From: Raja brachyura
Taxonomy: Eukaryota
Length of the DNA stretch: 64,000 nucleotides
Direction of reading: 5' to 3'
Assembly: GCA_963514005.1 (NCBI GenBank)
Contig: OY740794.1
Span: 33,666,001-33,730,000, forward strand
Shown here piece after piece: positions 12,991 to 27,947 of the stretch. Within the stretch, counting starts at the first letter, position 1, and each line of letters starts with the position of its first letter. Position numbers and translations under genes: made by a program. The notes beneath the pieces are model-generated. The model made no database searches and had not been told where the DNA came from. It saw only the letters and a list, made by a program, of their open reading frames with translations.

Positions 12991-14326
12991 TAGTCATTAT
13001 GAACAGACATATACAACCTTTGCAAATCCTCATTCATCACTCCAAGCTGGAATTGGACATAAACAGTCGCTGCCAGATTTTGCTGTGTTCTTGCACCTGA
13101 CCCAGAACATTATTGGTATGGGACCCACATTTGTGATGAATACAAAATTTAGGCAGGACTCCAGTACTGCACTGAGGGATATGGCATGGTGGAAGATATT
13201 ATCTACCACACGAGACATGAAACCATAGTCTTGTCAGCCATCTCTGGTAGATGGAAAAAGCACAGCAAACATTTTGATGTGCTTGGCTAAACTTGACTGG
13301 ATGCAAATTGACTGTGTTCCCTAACATTAATCAATGAAAAGCACAGCAATTATATCGTTCATGTCACAACCTTAGGACATCCCTATTACTTCAGTCAATT
13401 AAGTACTCTACCTGTTGCAACAAAGGTAAATTATCATAACTGCAGTCTGAACCCCAATAAATAATATAGTATACGTTCTGTTTTTTTAAAGCAATTGGTT
13501 AAGAAATAATTATTGGTTATCAACAAGAATGATTCCCCTGTTGTTCTTTTCTGTTCTAGACCTGAATTTAAGAATGCAACTAATTGGCTCAGCGGTTGGA
13601 ATGATGTCCACTGAGAGATGCCTGACAGTTGCAGGATTTCAAAAATGTTTTTTTCTCACAGAACGTGTAAAGGACTGCTGAAATGCACACATTTATTTTA
13701 GGCCCATGTGTCACTGAACTCCAATTTGGTGGGAAAATAAAATATACCATCAAGTCAAGAGCAGAATGTTCAAACGGCAACATTCAAACTGCAGATTTTG
13801 ACTATGACTTATTAACAACTCCTTGTATTGACACATGATTGGTAGTGAAGAGCATGACTTTCAGATTATAAAATGTGTATTATGCATGCATCTCAAGCAG
13901 TTAATTAGTTTCTTGGACGAAATTCTTGAAACCAAAGGTATGTGGATTTTTCACCAGTGAAATAATGATTTTCAAAACTATCTTACACTGTGCCAACACA
14001 AACTGCAAAGTGAGATGCATGTTATAAATTCATCACCTCAGATGAGGATGCATGATATGGGACAGAAGGATATAAAAGACAACAAGTTGAAGAGGAGGTG
14101 CAGAGTTAATAGGCAAGAACGCAAGTCTTTAAAAAATATGACAGGTAACATTTATAGATATGTTTGTCCCGTGCCTTTGATAAGAGGGGCAGGGGTGTAA
14201 ATAGCAGACATTTGACTGCCCAAACCTACGTACAACACTGTGTGTGGATTTCCGAATTCCAGGGTGAACATGCGTACTTAAATTGGTCGGCCCAGTATAC
14301 AGTAGATACAGTATCATTTTGCTTTA

Positions 14327-14470
<144 letters not shown>

Positions 14471-14844
14471 TTAACATGAGCCGAACTGAGCCCAATCTGG
14501 CTCATCCTCATTTAAGTGTTCTGCACAAATGGATTCCATTAGTTAACTAGAATAACTACAATGCTTTAGGCTGGAACCTCGTTTATTGCCAACATGGGAG
14601 CGTATCCTCCACCAGCAGAAACTGAAATTGGTGGACAATCAAAGGTTTCCTTATACCAAGTTTCACAGCAAGTGCTTTCAACAGATTTATGCAGATTTAT
14701 TATTTAAACAGGAGCTTCTAAAATCAATGGCATTAAATCATCTCCTGCTGGAGACAAATATGTAGAGACCAAACTCTGCACTCAGATGTAGAGTTCTTGC
14801 CAGGTCAGACCTCCCCAGAATTGAAACCATCTGTGGCAGGGTAA

Positions 14845-15110
14845 AAGAGATGCCATGTCTATGGTGGGCATCCCAGAGATGACACCATCTCAGTGGTGGG
14901 CCTCCTAGATATGAAGCCATGTCTATGGTAAGCCTTCTAGAGATTAAGCCATGCCTATGGTGAGCCTTCCGGAGATGAAGCCATATCCATGACATGTCTG
15001 CCAGAGGTGAAGCCATGTCTATGGTGAGCGTTCATATATGAAGCCATGTCTTTAGCAAGTCTCCCAGGGATGATATCTATGGCGAGCCTCCCAGGGATTA
15101 AATCACGTCT
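14845..15110. repeat. 32-bp minisatellite (~8 diverged units) followed by a 29-G run (15111-15139)
   Basis: Consensus approximately GAGATGAAGCCATGTCTATGGTGAGCCTCCCA, with units starting near 14876, 14908, 14940, 14972 and 15004. Confidence 0.85.
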
Positions 15111-16403
15111 GGGGGGGGGGGGGGGGGGGGGGGGGGGGGAGATTACTTCTCTTCCATAATAAATAATTGGTAGTTGTGATAATTCAATGCAAGGACATTT
15201 CACTCCCTGCTCATTCGATACTCTTTTACCAAATCTGGTCACTAATGAAACTTATAATTGGGTATAAACAAGTACCCTGATTGCAGGTATGCCTATAACC
15301 AAGGTTCCACCATGTTAAAGACAAAAGCTCCTGCACTGCCAAGGATAGTGCATACACTGCTATATAAGGTGTTATCTATAAGATGAATAAACAGTGAGTA
15401 CAACTGCATCATACTAAGGTTTGCATAGCAATGTTTCTACATAAAATTTCTTGGTCCACACACAAGTGCACTTCCATATGGCATAAATGTAAATAGCACT
15501 ATGTATTTTTCTTTTTCATCAAAGCAATAACCCTACCATGTCATTTACAGAAGCAAAGGGATAAGTGGATTTGTACAAAATATTACATATTGGCTGTAGA
15601 ACCTGGTTGGGGTAATGCAATGAGTTAACGGAAACCAGCTAACTTCTACCATTGTAAAAATCAGTATAAAAGATAATTAGATTGTTATTTAAATCAGACT
15701 ATTTGGATTGCAACTTTATTGACCAGTGAAAGGTCTTTGTAAGTGTGAAATTTAAAGATGCATTGTTGTACTGAAAGTATTGAATATTAAAAGATGCAGC
15801 TCACTTAGCCAAACTGATGCAAGTATCACGATGTTGTATATCTGGTCTTCAACATTCCCAGCCACATCAGTGTTAGCAGTAGTGGTGAATGCTGTTGCTA
15901 CTTTACTAATATCTACCTTCTGTTCGTGAAGGTATATGTACTAAACTGTGTTGTAACCCTGTGCTGCCGTTTGGTACTTTGGGAGTGTCGTGTTAACAAA
16001 CAATAGCCCAAGAATCAGAGCACAGCCAGAATGCTAATCCATCAGCACCTGGCCTTGATAACTGTTCACTGGCTTGTTTTGGCTCCATTATCTCAATAGA
16101 AAAGTTTTAGTTTCATCTAGTGATACTACAATGTAGTCAGTCACAATACCAGAAAAAAGTGACAAAACACCAATGTAATGGGTATACAACTGAAATGGGA
16201 TTAAAGTTTACTAAAAAATAAATAAAAATGGACTCCTCTCCAACAAAAATCAAACCATAAGCAAAAATTAAAAGCTGTAAAACCCACCAGCTAATTTTAC
16301 ATTTTTTATGTTGGAAATGCTAAAGTAATTAAAAATTTTATTCATTTTGAACTTCTTCAATCTTGGTTGTCACTGGTTGTAGATGGATGTCTGTGTCTAA
16401 GTA

Positions 16404-16532
16404 TTTATTTTTAATCCCTCCATGGATCACCACCACCCGGACACTGGTGACCATTTTACTTTGATGTTGCAACTGGCTTTATTTCTGAAGTTTTAACCTT
16501 TATTCAGTTTTAGAAAAAGGAAATACTTTATT
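16404..16532 (-). terminator. Cluster of four intronic AATAAA poly(A) signals
   Basis: Minus-strand AATAAA at 16532-16527, 16504-16499, 16483-16478 and 16409-16404, directly after the read-through stop codon. Confidence 0.6.
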
Positions 16533-16539
16533 TAAAATG

Positions 16540-17034
<495 letters not shown>

Positions 17035-17104
17035 TCAGATGCCTTACAAGTTTAATTTCCATGTCATATGAAATGCATATTTATTTTTATTTTCATTTTC
17101 AAGA

Positions 17105-18610
17105 AAAGTTTCGGTCCAAAATTTATGAAGTTTTGTACAAGAGACAAAGGAATGTGCTATAGTGGCATTGACGGTTAGACATTTGTTACAAATGGGGGAA
17201 ACATTTGGAAATATTTTATTCAATCTGGTTTTCGAGTAATATAATCTATGTAAAATTTTAAATTGTATCAGGTTATGCCTTACATTAATCGAACATTTAT
17301 GCACATATAATAGTTTTTTTTCCATCTGTATTTCGGGATTTTTATCAATAACTCTTGTTCCCAGTCCCTTCTAATTGCCTCTGTCGTTGGTGTTTCTATA
17401 TTTAAAATTATATTATATAAATATGATATTAAATTGCTTGATTCTGCCTTTCTGGTCATTCCTTCCTTTAATAAATCTGAGGTTAGTGTTTGATATCCTT
17501 GCATATATTTTTTCAAATAATCTTGAATTTGAAGGTATTTGAAATATTGGTTACTTTTCAGGTTATATTTTAGTTGTAATTGTTGGAATGATATAAATTT
17601 TCCCATTTCATACATATCTCCAATAATTTTAATTCATATTCTTTCCCAATGGATAAACGTTTTATCAATAATAGATGGTTTGAATGAGGGATTGTTAGCT
17701 ATTGGGGAAAGAAGCGATAAGCTTCTTAATTTTAAAGTTAATTTTATTTGTTTCCAAATTCGTATTATGCTGTGAATAATTGAATTTTTCTTATATATTA
17801 TATTGTTCAGTTTCATCTGGGAAAGAAGAAGCTCTCCTATATTATATGGGGAACAATTCTCTTTCTCCATTCTTAACCAATCTACTTGTTGGGCAGAACT
17901 GTCCAACCAATAGATTATATTTTTAATATTCACTGCCCAATAGTAGTACAACAAATTAGGGAGTGTCAGTCCCCCTAATTATTTAGATTTACACAGATGT
18001 TTTCTTTGAATTCTATGTGATTTATAGTCCCATATGAAGTTTGTAATATCAGAGTCTAGCCTTTTAAAGAATTTTTTTGGTAAATATATGGGTATTGATT
18101 GAAATAGGTACAGTATTTATGATAAAAAGATCATTTTTATAGAATTTATTCTGCCCATTAAGGACATCGGCAGTGTTTTCCAGAATTTAATCAACCCATT
18201 CAATTTAGTTAATAAAGGCATATAGTTTGCATTGAGTAATGATTTATATTTCCTAGTAACTTGGAATTTCAACAGAAGTGTCGGCTCTTGAGGTTTTATT
18301 GTCATAATTTTGCTATTGTTCCAGTTTATTTTATATCCTGAAAAAGAGCCAAACTCCTCTATTAAATTTAGTATATTTCGTATGCTAATTTGTGAATTTG
18401 TAATATATAATAATGTCGTCTGTATATAATGACATTTTATTATTTGAGTGTTTGGTATTATATCCATGAATATTCGGATGACTTCTTATACTTCGTACTA
18501 AAGGCTCTATCACACGTGCAAATAGCAGGGGCGATAATGCACACCCCTGTCTATTGCCCCTTGATAATTGGAATTTCGGGGATAATATATTAATTGTCAG
18601 TATTCTAGAC
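17105..18610 (-). mobile_element. L1-clade LINE ORF2 fragment (frameshifted) in WDR33 intron 5
   Basis: Peptides GNRQGCALSPLLFA, FGSFSGYKINWN, MSLMGRINSIKMIFL, GGLTLPNL-YYYWA and QFKILHRLYY...CNKC. Confidence 0.88.
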
Positions 18611-20003
18611 TAAACCTAATTTTCATTTATATTTTTTTCTGAAACTGTTTGCACATAACTCATATATTTTTTTTAATCAACTAGGTTATCTCTTATAAAG
18701 TTACTGACACATGAAGGTATCCACTGTGAATATGGAGAGAGTAGTTTTTGGCATCTGTCAGTGTGCAACACTTCTGCAGGAAGTGAGTACATTATAGAAA
18801 CTATACACAACCTCTACGCTATTACAAATCATCCTCAGCAACAATGACCTCAGTACAATGAACAAGTAACCCACGGAACAGCCTGGGAATCTCTAGGCCA
18901 TATGGTGAGCTCACACATGGCAGACATGATACAGAAATTATTTATTTAAATGGGGATATTGTCTCTAAGTAACACAAAGTAAGCACACTAGGCACAATCA
19001 GTAAAGTCTACCAACTGAGGTCAAAGATCAGAACACAACACAAGTAGGATAGAAAGCAATAAGTTGAAATCTCAAATGCAAAATGAATAACATGAAAATA
19101 TATTAAATACTTTGGATCTTTGTGAAAGAGAATCACAGGTTATGAGCTCTGATGATGTCGCGATGATCCTAGACAAGTATGTTGGCAAGACAATATTTAC
19201 TAATGTTGCTCTAACGCTGTTTTGTGAATTGAAAATTATGGTTTTCAATATTAACACTACTCAATAAAGATATGGCGATGGAACAAATCTACGATGAAAA
19301 ATAAATACTAGAAAGCAGCAGGGAATGTCCAATAGGATGTTCTTAATCAGTCTCAGACCCTATTCATTTTCAGTTGGCACTTTCTCACTTTTTTTACTCT
19401 GGTTCTGTGGTGGCTAATGAGGCTAACATGGGACCTGCAATGCTGTCACAGGTGGGGTAAGTGGTGCTTGGCAGAGCAGGCAGATGAATGGAGAGATGTT
19501 GTGCTCCTGAGGTACAAGTGTACATTACCACAAGGAAGTGTGCATAATTTGTGTTACATTTTCCTTAAGGTCATATTTATAATCTCAGTTTGGCAATCAA
19601 CAGGATCCATCAGGATATGAAAGTACCAGGCAAAATTAGAATAAAATAACTTCTCCATCTTGTTTATATAAATTGAGACATGGGCAGAAACACAAAACAG
19701 GTGCCAAACTGATTTGTCAAAATAGAAACGGCAAAATGGATAAGGATGTGAAAATCTGAAAATTGTCATATAGCAAAGGAACAAGGAACTGACAAAAACA
19801 GCCAGAAATTGTCCCACCAACAGCCCGAATAATTGTCCTACCTTCCCGAGCAAGAGAAAACTAACAAATGAGCATTTGTTTGTCAATGTAATGACTGTAA
19901 TGCACAATGGGTACTTATTTCAATGGATGCATTTGAAATACATTGTTAGAGATGAATTGCTACAAAACAGAACACAACTCTACAGCTCCACCCTCTAACA
20001 TTA

Positions 20004-20132
<129 letters not shown>

Positions 20133-20789
20133 CTAGATCAGAACAAAAACAATAATTTACACACAGAAATAAGCAGCTTTTTCAAAACGCAGGCGTAACA
20201 TAAAAACACTAAAACAGAAACACAAAACAAGTTCATATCTTTCAAACATTTAATGCGTCTAGCTTTTAACAAGACTGGCAATTATTTCTGGATGGTCCAT
20301 GGCAAAGCCATAGGCTTAGGTCAAATGTTCAAGATTAATGGAAGATCAAATTTAGTTTTCAACTTCAGTGGATGATTTGTAGAGATCATTCATTCTTATT
20401 TTATGTTGCGACTTCAAGGTCACCAAAATAATAAATAGCAATTTAATCTAGGAATGTGGAAACCCACCCATCAGGTGAAAACAAATACGTGGACATAGGA
20501 ACACCCCCCAAATAGTCAAGTATGTTAAGAATATGCAAGTTCAACATGCACTTGCAAAAGCAGTCAAATTAAAAATCCTGTGCACCCTTAATTCCTACAA
20601 CCACAGTTTACATAACTGCACATTCATTTCAGCACAAGTAACAACATCTATTGTAGAAATAATTTTTCCTACGTTAATTAAATGCAGACACAAAGAAAAA
20701 AGTTCAGTGGATTGTATGAGAATGGAATTCCTGCAATCGCAACATTGATGAGGAACAACACAGAAATTAAATGTTATGATTGATTGAAA

Positions 20790-20935
20790 GATACAACATG
20801 GAAACAGGTCTTTCTATTCAAGTCCACACCAACTATAATCATCCGCTCATAGTTTCAACACCCGAGGTCAGGATCGAACCCGCACTCTTTGGCACTGTGA
20901 GGCAGCAGCTCTACTAGCTGCGCCACCATATGGTG
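20790..20935 (-). mobile_element. tRNA-headed SINE fragment
   Basis: Minus strand reads TGGCGCAGCTAGTAGAGC...GGGTTCGATCC, i.e. A/B-box-like motifs. Related copies occur near 26160-26430, 37170-37345 and 56010-56085. Confidence 0.65.
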
Positions 20936-21390
20936 GCATTAGTAGTGTTAATACAAAACAGAAATCAAAAATGGCAATGAAGTACCAATTTAATTGCACT
21001 AGAATAAAATAAAGAACATCTTGATCAAAGCATTTATGAACAAATGTGACGAGCTGATCATAGTACAAGAGCAATGGAAAAAGTTGGTGCAATAGAAATG
21101 ACCCTATTTACTGTGAACAGCAAAGAGAAATGATAACAATGTTTTGGAGGTGGAAAACTGAATTAGATTGGAATTGAAGACTATTCATTATATCTGCAAA
21201 ATTGATCTCGATGATTGATATTGATATTGAAATTGATAGAAACAGTTACACAGCATTTTTGAATCTGAACTTTTTACGGTCATCTAATTCCTTCATTATA
21301 ATGAGGATCAGATGAATGTTTCTTGAATGCAGAGGCAATCCACTGCAAAGTTAGAAGATTCATAACTATCTTCTTTCCTCGAGAACTTAC

Positions 21391-21495
21391 CCTGACAACA
21401 AACACTGGACACTTTACTTTATTGGTTGAGGTTCGGACAAACTTAGTTGTTACAGCATTCATTGGATTCTGCAGCATTCCCATGGGTGGCACCAG
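21391..21495 (-). CDS. WDR33: WDR33 exon 4
   Basis: 105 nt encoding [35 protein letters not shown]. Boundaries TTTTCCAG and GTAAGT. Confidence 0.97.
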
Positions 21496-22014
21496 CTGGA
21501 AAATATTGAAGATAGATGTAAACCAACCTTTCCATCTGCATTATAGGGCAAGATTTACCGACAGGCACAATGGCAGCCAAGAGAACCAGCAGCACAACGA
21601 TAACACATCTGTAAAGTCATCAACAAACATAACAAAAAAAATCATAAACCAAATCAATCCAACAGTACATCAGAACAGCTCATGCCATTGACAGGCATTT
21701 CAAGGTCGTCATGAACTAGGTTTGTTTGAAGGGCCTTTTGCTGTGCTAAATGGCTTTATGACCAACTAAAACCTATTGAAATTAAACCATAAATAATTGC
21801 ACAAAATAAAAAGATCAAATTGAGATTGATTCACCAACACTGTTCATCCTCAGCAAAATTCTAAAAGAATTGTAATGGTGCAGGCTATTAAATTTTGCTT
21901 GGATAAAAATCAGAACATTAATACCCCTTTATCTGTTATTTGCACTTTATCAATTTATTTATTCATGTGTGTATTTACGTATATAATGGTATATGGACAC
22001 ACTAATCTGTTTTG

Positions 22015-22223
22015 TAAACTCGTGGACATTTTTCAACATGCTAAAAAAACGTCACGACTTACCTGATGCCCCGAGTGCCTACGGCTGGCATTGCGAGCCT
22101 CTACGAAATATCTACGGACTCCTATGACCTCGCTACAGACTCGCTACGGACATTCTCCAAGTTTGAATCAAGGGGAAAACTCGGGGGAATTCGTGAGTAA
22201 CTCCGGAAAGTGGGACAGGGGCT
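22015..22223. mobile_element. One-ended MITE fragment related to the 49432-50009 element
   Basis: Ends in AAGTGGGACAGGGGCT, similar to that element's terminal inverted repeat; CpG-rich interior. Confidence 0.55.
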
Positions 22224-22224
22224 T

Positions 22225-22770
22225 TAGAGAGAATGTCGAAGAGGTTTACCAGATTGTTGCCTGGCCTTTTCACGAAAGGTTAGACAAACTTGAATTGTTC
22301 TCTCTGGTGCGTTAAAGGCTAAGGGACGACCTAACAGAAGTACGTAAAATTATAAGAGGCAAAGATGGGAGAGACAATCAAAGTCTTTTTCTACCCAAAT
22401 ATTTCAGATAAGGAGCAAAATTTGCTCTCATGCAAGTTAATAGGAAAAACAACTGGGGATATCAAATACTAGAGCATAGAACTTTAAGATGAGATGGGGA
22501 AAGTTTAAAAGAATTTGGGTGACACCTTTTTTTTAAATAAACACACAGTGTGTAGGTGAATGGAACGCGCTGCCGGGGAAAGTGATGGAAGCAGATACGA
22601 AAGAAACACGAGGCATTTATGCAGATTCATGATTAGGTAGAGAACGGAAGGATATAGACATCGTGCAGACCGTCATGAAGTTTAAATTGGCATCATAGTC
22701 TGTACAAAAACTGTGGGTCGAGGGTTCTGGTCCAATGTTCTGCTGTATCGTTCTACTGTATGTTCCACAT
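22225..22770 (+). mobile_element. Decayed CR1 3' portion
   Basis: ERLDKLELFSL, DL-EV-KIIRG and WNALP motifs. Confidence 0.7.
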
Positions 22771-23308
22771 GCAATGAATGCTGCATCACTGACACCGAGG
22801 TCAGTTCCAAGGTGGCAGCAGGAGGGAAGCTGAAAGGAATGCACCTTTCCTTGACAGACTCTGTACAACTATTATTTAAATTACACGATTGGTTTAATTC
22901 ACTATTACCCACCACTGGCTCGGGGCAGCATTCTCACCTCTCTCTGACCCAACACACTTAACTTCTAAGAGTCAAGGCACTCACTCTCCTTTTTAAAGTT
23001 GAAAAACATTGGTTTTCAGTTATTGCTGAATAGTGAAATGAATACTATGACTAACCTCCGATGTACTAACGCCACAGAATTTATGTCTTTTTTGAAAATA
23101 TTTCAGGTTCTTTCAACAAAATAAGACGAATGATTGTATTTTCATCCGACACCAATCCCTGAACCACTCCAGTAACACTGCCCCTTTTCAGACTTAATTG
23201 CCCTTAAATATAAGCTTAATTCGTAAATTAAACCCAAATCTTTTCCAAGAAGCTGCACAATTACAGGCCACAAACAATTACAGGCCATTTACAATGATCT
23301 TTCCTTAC

Positions 23309-23377
23309 ATCATTATAATATGCTGAATCAGGCTGAATTGCTCGGAGGTCTCTGTGATCTCTCTGCCAAACCCGGTT
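23309..23377 (-). CDS. WDR33: WDR33 exon 3
   Basis: 69 nt encoding [23 protein letters not shown]. Boundaries TTTTTAG and GTAAGG, phase 0. Not in the ORF track; found by reading. Confidence 0.96.
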
Positions 23378-23999
23378 CTAAAAATGAAAAAGGAAACAAT
23401 TAGTAAATAATATTACTCTGACAATCATTTGGTTCTTTAAAAGGCAACAGCACACTGGTTATTAATCTTACACACAATAAAAAGAATCACTACTATATTT
23501 TTAACACTCATTTTAAATTTTTATAGCTATCTGCAGTGAATTTCCCTTGTTACACGCACACACATTGACTTCAGATGAATAATTCCATGGAGGACCAGTG
23601 TGAATAAAGAAAGCTGAGGAAGTGAAAAGGAAAAGAAGGCAAACCAATTAGAGATACAGTTGCTCCTCGGCCTACGATGGATGGGGTTACGTTCTGCTAT
23701 CGCAAGTCGAAATCGTATTTAATACAATGTGATCATGTGACTGAAAGTGACATGCGGCTCCCTGCCGTTGCCGAGCATTTGACGATCGTAAAGTCAAAAT
23801 ATCGCAAGTCAATGCATCATAAATCTGGGAGTGTCTGTACAGGGAATAGTAATTGCCAAAGAAGAATGCAAAAGTCCACTGTAGGAGCAGGAATGGAATG
23901 GGTTAAGCACCAAACTAATTATGCATAGAAAGGGCAGTGTAACTGGAATAACTAAATTTTTTTTTTAACTGTTTCCAAAGAGAACTGCCAAAATCTCAG

Positions 24000-26155
24000 A
24001 TGGGAACGTGGTAGAGAAATTACACGTTGAGATGATAGCACAGAAAAATGAGTTGTGCTTAAACAAGACATTGGTTGAAGTGAGATGTATCCTGGATCGA
24101 TGAGAGAACTAGGAGCAGGAGTTGTACAAGGGCTTCCCATGATCTTCCAAGAGTTCCTATGTAGGCTAGGCATCAGAGGACTAAAAAGTGGAAATGGCAT
24201 TGTTCCAACCTATTTTGAGGAAGCTTATAGAAATAATAAGATGAAACATGAACTTGAAGTTTAACTTGAGAAATAAGAGTTTGTTAAAGCCAGATTGCAT
24301 TTGGTCAACCTGATAGATCTTTTGACTAGGCCGTATAAGACGGAAGGAAATTCATTCAATATTGTCATTGCAGAATTTTAGGTATCAGATAAAAATCTCT
24401 CACGCACTTACCAAATGGTAAAACTCAGGCTTGTGGCAATATAAGGTCAATAACAGCAAGGTTGTTCCCTGGAGATGGTGGGAACACTATACGATAATAG
24501 GTTTGATATGGGTATCCAGGTAAAAATTGCCAAATGTATGGATGGTACTGTACTTGGAAGTATGGTGATCAGTGGAGAAAATTGTACAGGACAGGCAGGC
24601 TGGCTGAGTGGACAGATGAAATTTAATGCAGAGAACTGTGATATCATCTACTTTGACTAACCAGAAAAAAGATAGGCGGATGGACTAAATTCTGATGGAT
24701 TAAATATTAATAGGGTGCGCAGGAACAGAGATGGTTATGTCCATTAATCCTTGAAAGTAGCAGGAAAGATGCAGTTATGTTTAGTAATTCATGTGGGGCA
24801 TATCATTCATGAACAGAAACAGAAAGCATAGAAGCCCTGAGTTTATGTTGAGACCATACAAAACGTAGGGCAACAAATGGAATACTCTGTCCAAATCGTG
24901 TAACTTTGCTATAGGATATTAAGATACTCAAAAAGATACGTTTACCACAATGGCTCCAGAAATTAGGAATTTCAGATAGGTTGTACTAGAAATGCAGAGA
25001 TGGTTCTTGAGATTTGATAGAAGAGTTCAAGATCATGTAGAAACAAGGAACTACAAATGGTGGTTTATATTAAAAAGGACACAAAGTGCTGGAGTAACTC
25101 AGCATCTCTGGAGAACATGGAGAGGTGACGTTTAGGGCTAGTACCTTTCTTTAGACGAATGAAGTTCAAGACCATGAATGCTTTAGAAAGTGTAAATCAA
25201 CCATCCTGAGGGAAGCTGTTCCCACGGGTGAAGTCATATCTTACAAACTTGATCAAGATGTCTTTTGATGTGATGATTGATGAGGGTAGTGCAGAGGATG
25301 TTGTTTGCATGGATTTTAGCAACACATTTGACAAGGTCCCTCATGGTAGGTTGATCCAGAATAAGATGCATGGGACCTATAGTAACTTGATATGTTTGGA
25401 TTCAGAGAGATAACTATTTTATCTATCAAAGACAGAAGGTTGGGGTAGAAGGGTGCTATTTTGGCTGGAAGTCTGTGACAAGTAGCTCTGCAGGCATCAA
25501 TAATAGGACCTCTATTGTCGGTGAAATAGATATATATAAATCACTTGGACGCAAATGTAGATAGGTTGGTTCATAAATTTGCAGACAGCACAAAAATCAG
25601 TAGTGTTGCAGACAGTGAAGGCAATTGTCAAAGCAGATAGCAGGACATAGAACTGGTGCAGACTTGTGCGTTGATGGAGTTTAATCCAAGGAAGGAGGTG
25701 ATGTTGCACTCGAGGGGAAAGTATACAGTTAATGTCAGGACCCTAAACAGCATCAATGTACAGAGGGAACTTCGTCCAAAACTATAGCTCTCTGAAAGTA
25801 GCAGCAAAAGTAAATGCCATATATCCTCATTGGTACTGAAGATATATGGCATACTTGCTTTCATCGGTCTGGGGAATTAAGTCGAGAGGTAGACAGCCAT
25901 ATTGCAGTTGTATAAAACTTTAGTTAGAAGACATCTGCATTGTGTGTAGTACTGGCTGCTCTCTTACAGGGAGGATGCCACAGCTTGAGCGGGTGTGGAA
26001 GAGGTTTACCAGGATGCTGCCTGGATTAGAAGGTATTAACTATAAGGAGAGGTTGGACAAACATGACTTGTTTTTTTCTGGAGTGTCAGAGATTGAGGAG
26101 ACCTGATAGAAGTTTATAAAATTATGAGAATCGATAGGGTATAGTCAGAATCTAT
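24000..26155 (+). mobile_element. Nested decayed CR1 fragments (with a Penelope repeat near 25050-25160)
   Basis: KSYLTNLI, VVCMDFSNTFDKVPHGRL, KFADST, RFTRMLPGL and ERLDK motifs. Confidence 0.75.
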
Positions 26156-26159
26156 TTTA

Positions 26160-26430
26160 GTGATACAGCGCTGAAATAGGCCCTTCGGCCCACCGAGCCC
26201 GCATATTAACACTACCCTGCACACTAGGGACAATTTTATTTTTATACCAAACCAATTAACCTACAAACCTGGACATCTTCGGAGTGTGGGAGGAAACCGA
26301 AGCTCTCAGAGAAAACCCATGAATGTCATGGAGAGAACGTAGAAACTCCATGCAGACAAGCACCCGTAGTCAGGATCCAACCTGGGTCTCTGGGGCTGTA
26401 AGGCAGTAGCTCTTATGCCGCGTGTCACCC
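26160..26430 (-). mobile_element. tRNA-derived SINE
   Basis: Core ...ctcccacactcc...ggtttgtaggttaattgg..., B-box-like GGTTGGATCC on the minus strand, and a CR1-like tail. Confidence 0.75.
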
Positions 26431-26857
26431 AGAAGAGCCACACTAAGCCACTGTGCACCCAGAAGAGAAATATGTTCACCTTTTACTTTGTTAGCCAGTT
26501 AAATAATAGAAAACAAGTCCGGGGTACACAACAGATTTGAGATACTTTGCTTATTAAGGGTTCCATATAAATGATTGCTTTGGGGATTATATCAACATAC
26601 TTTGCAAAGGCAAGGTATGAACTGCCATCTATGATCGCCATTTTATAAAAATGAATTTCTGTTCTGTGCCTGGTGCTGGGCTTGCAATCTATTGGAGTTT
26701 CATTAAAAGTTTTAATTGAAAAGCACTTCGATGGTAAAAATACACCAGTTAGTCAGTCCTTGTCAAAACAAAAATGTGTTAACATGTGTATTGCTAATTA
26801 TCCTTCAAAACTGATTTTGTAGAATAAAAGTGAGAGGTAATGCAAGAAAAATCACCA

Positions 26858-27290
26858 GACACAAAATGCTGGAGTAACTCAGCAGGTGAGGCAGCATCTC
26901 TGAAGACAAGCAATGGGCAACGTTTTAGGTTGAGACCCTTCTTCAGACTGATGTCAGGGGAGGGGGCGGGACAAAGATAGAATGTAGTCGGAGACAGTAA
27001 GACTAGTAGGAGAGTGGGGAACGGAGAAATATGCAAATAGGCGTTTCTGTTCCATTCTGATTTGTAGTTTTTTTTTGCACAATCCACAAGCATTGCCACT
27101 TTTCATTTCACTGCACATCTTGTATGTGTATGTGACGAATAAACTTGACGACTTGGGAAGGGGATGGAGAGAAAGCAAGGGCTATCTGAAGTTAGAGAAA
27201 TCAATGTTCATACCGCAGGGGTGTGAACTACCCAAACGCAATATAAGGTGCTGTTCCTCCAATTTGCGCTGGGCCTCACTCTGACCATGA
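26858..27290 (-). mobile_element. Penelope-like 3' fragment
   Basis: Minus strand gives EAQRKLEEQHLILRLGSSHPCGMNIDFSNFR plus the terminal repeat. Confidence 0.8.
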
Positions 27291-27947
27291 AAGCTGGTAT
27301 TTTGATTGGCCTGCTCGCCATCTGTGAAGCAGGATCTCAAGAGATAATTTTTTTTTTAAATGAATGGTCAGGGCAGATAAAAGTTACATTTTGCCCGGTT
27401 GTGATTATTTCCATCTGTTAGGTTCACTCTGATCTGTTCCAGTGTTAAGATCGGTTCTGGCCCTGTGCAACACTGTCATAATTACACAGAAACTGTAACC
27501 TGCCACTGCCTAATTACAGCAGTTCATTATTAGCCAGAATGGGTTCCTTGCAGTAGCAAGAGAGACACATCTGGTACACCACCTTTCACAAAGAGTGTGG
27601 AATAGGACTGGAACCCACAGGGTCCCACTTCAGCCGGAGCTGAGCGAGTGGCCGATCTGGTTTGTGTGCTGCAATGCCAAGTAATGTGTGAACAATATAA
27701 CCAATGCTGGCAGACCTTTCCTTCCTGCCTACCCATTGGGCCTTGGATCATTTACCACCACCAAAGACATGGACATGGTGCAAATGACAGCAGAGATTGC
27801 AACATAAATATGCAAAAGTAATTCTGAATTAAACCTACATTTTAAGCCAGCTCAGTCACTCCCGACATCGACAGGACACCCCTTTTATAAAAGCATCATA
27901 TATAGATTTGCTAAACCACATACATTTACTCGTTTTATTAAATGACA

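Noticed and set aside
14845-15110. Regular 32-bp periodicity as a CRISPR array
   Set aside because: Units are contiguous with no unique spacers, there are no cas genes, and the context is a eukaryotic intron; it is a minisatellite.
20860-20935. tRNA gene
   Set aside because: The A/B-box-like motifs belong to a SINE head; there is no complete cloverleaf.
21280-21691. ORFs overlapping exon 4 (minus read-through and plus-strand 122 aa)
   Set aside because: Exon 4 has a consensus GTAAGT donor, the read-through is short and unremarkable, and the plus ORF is an antisense shadow.
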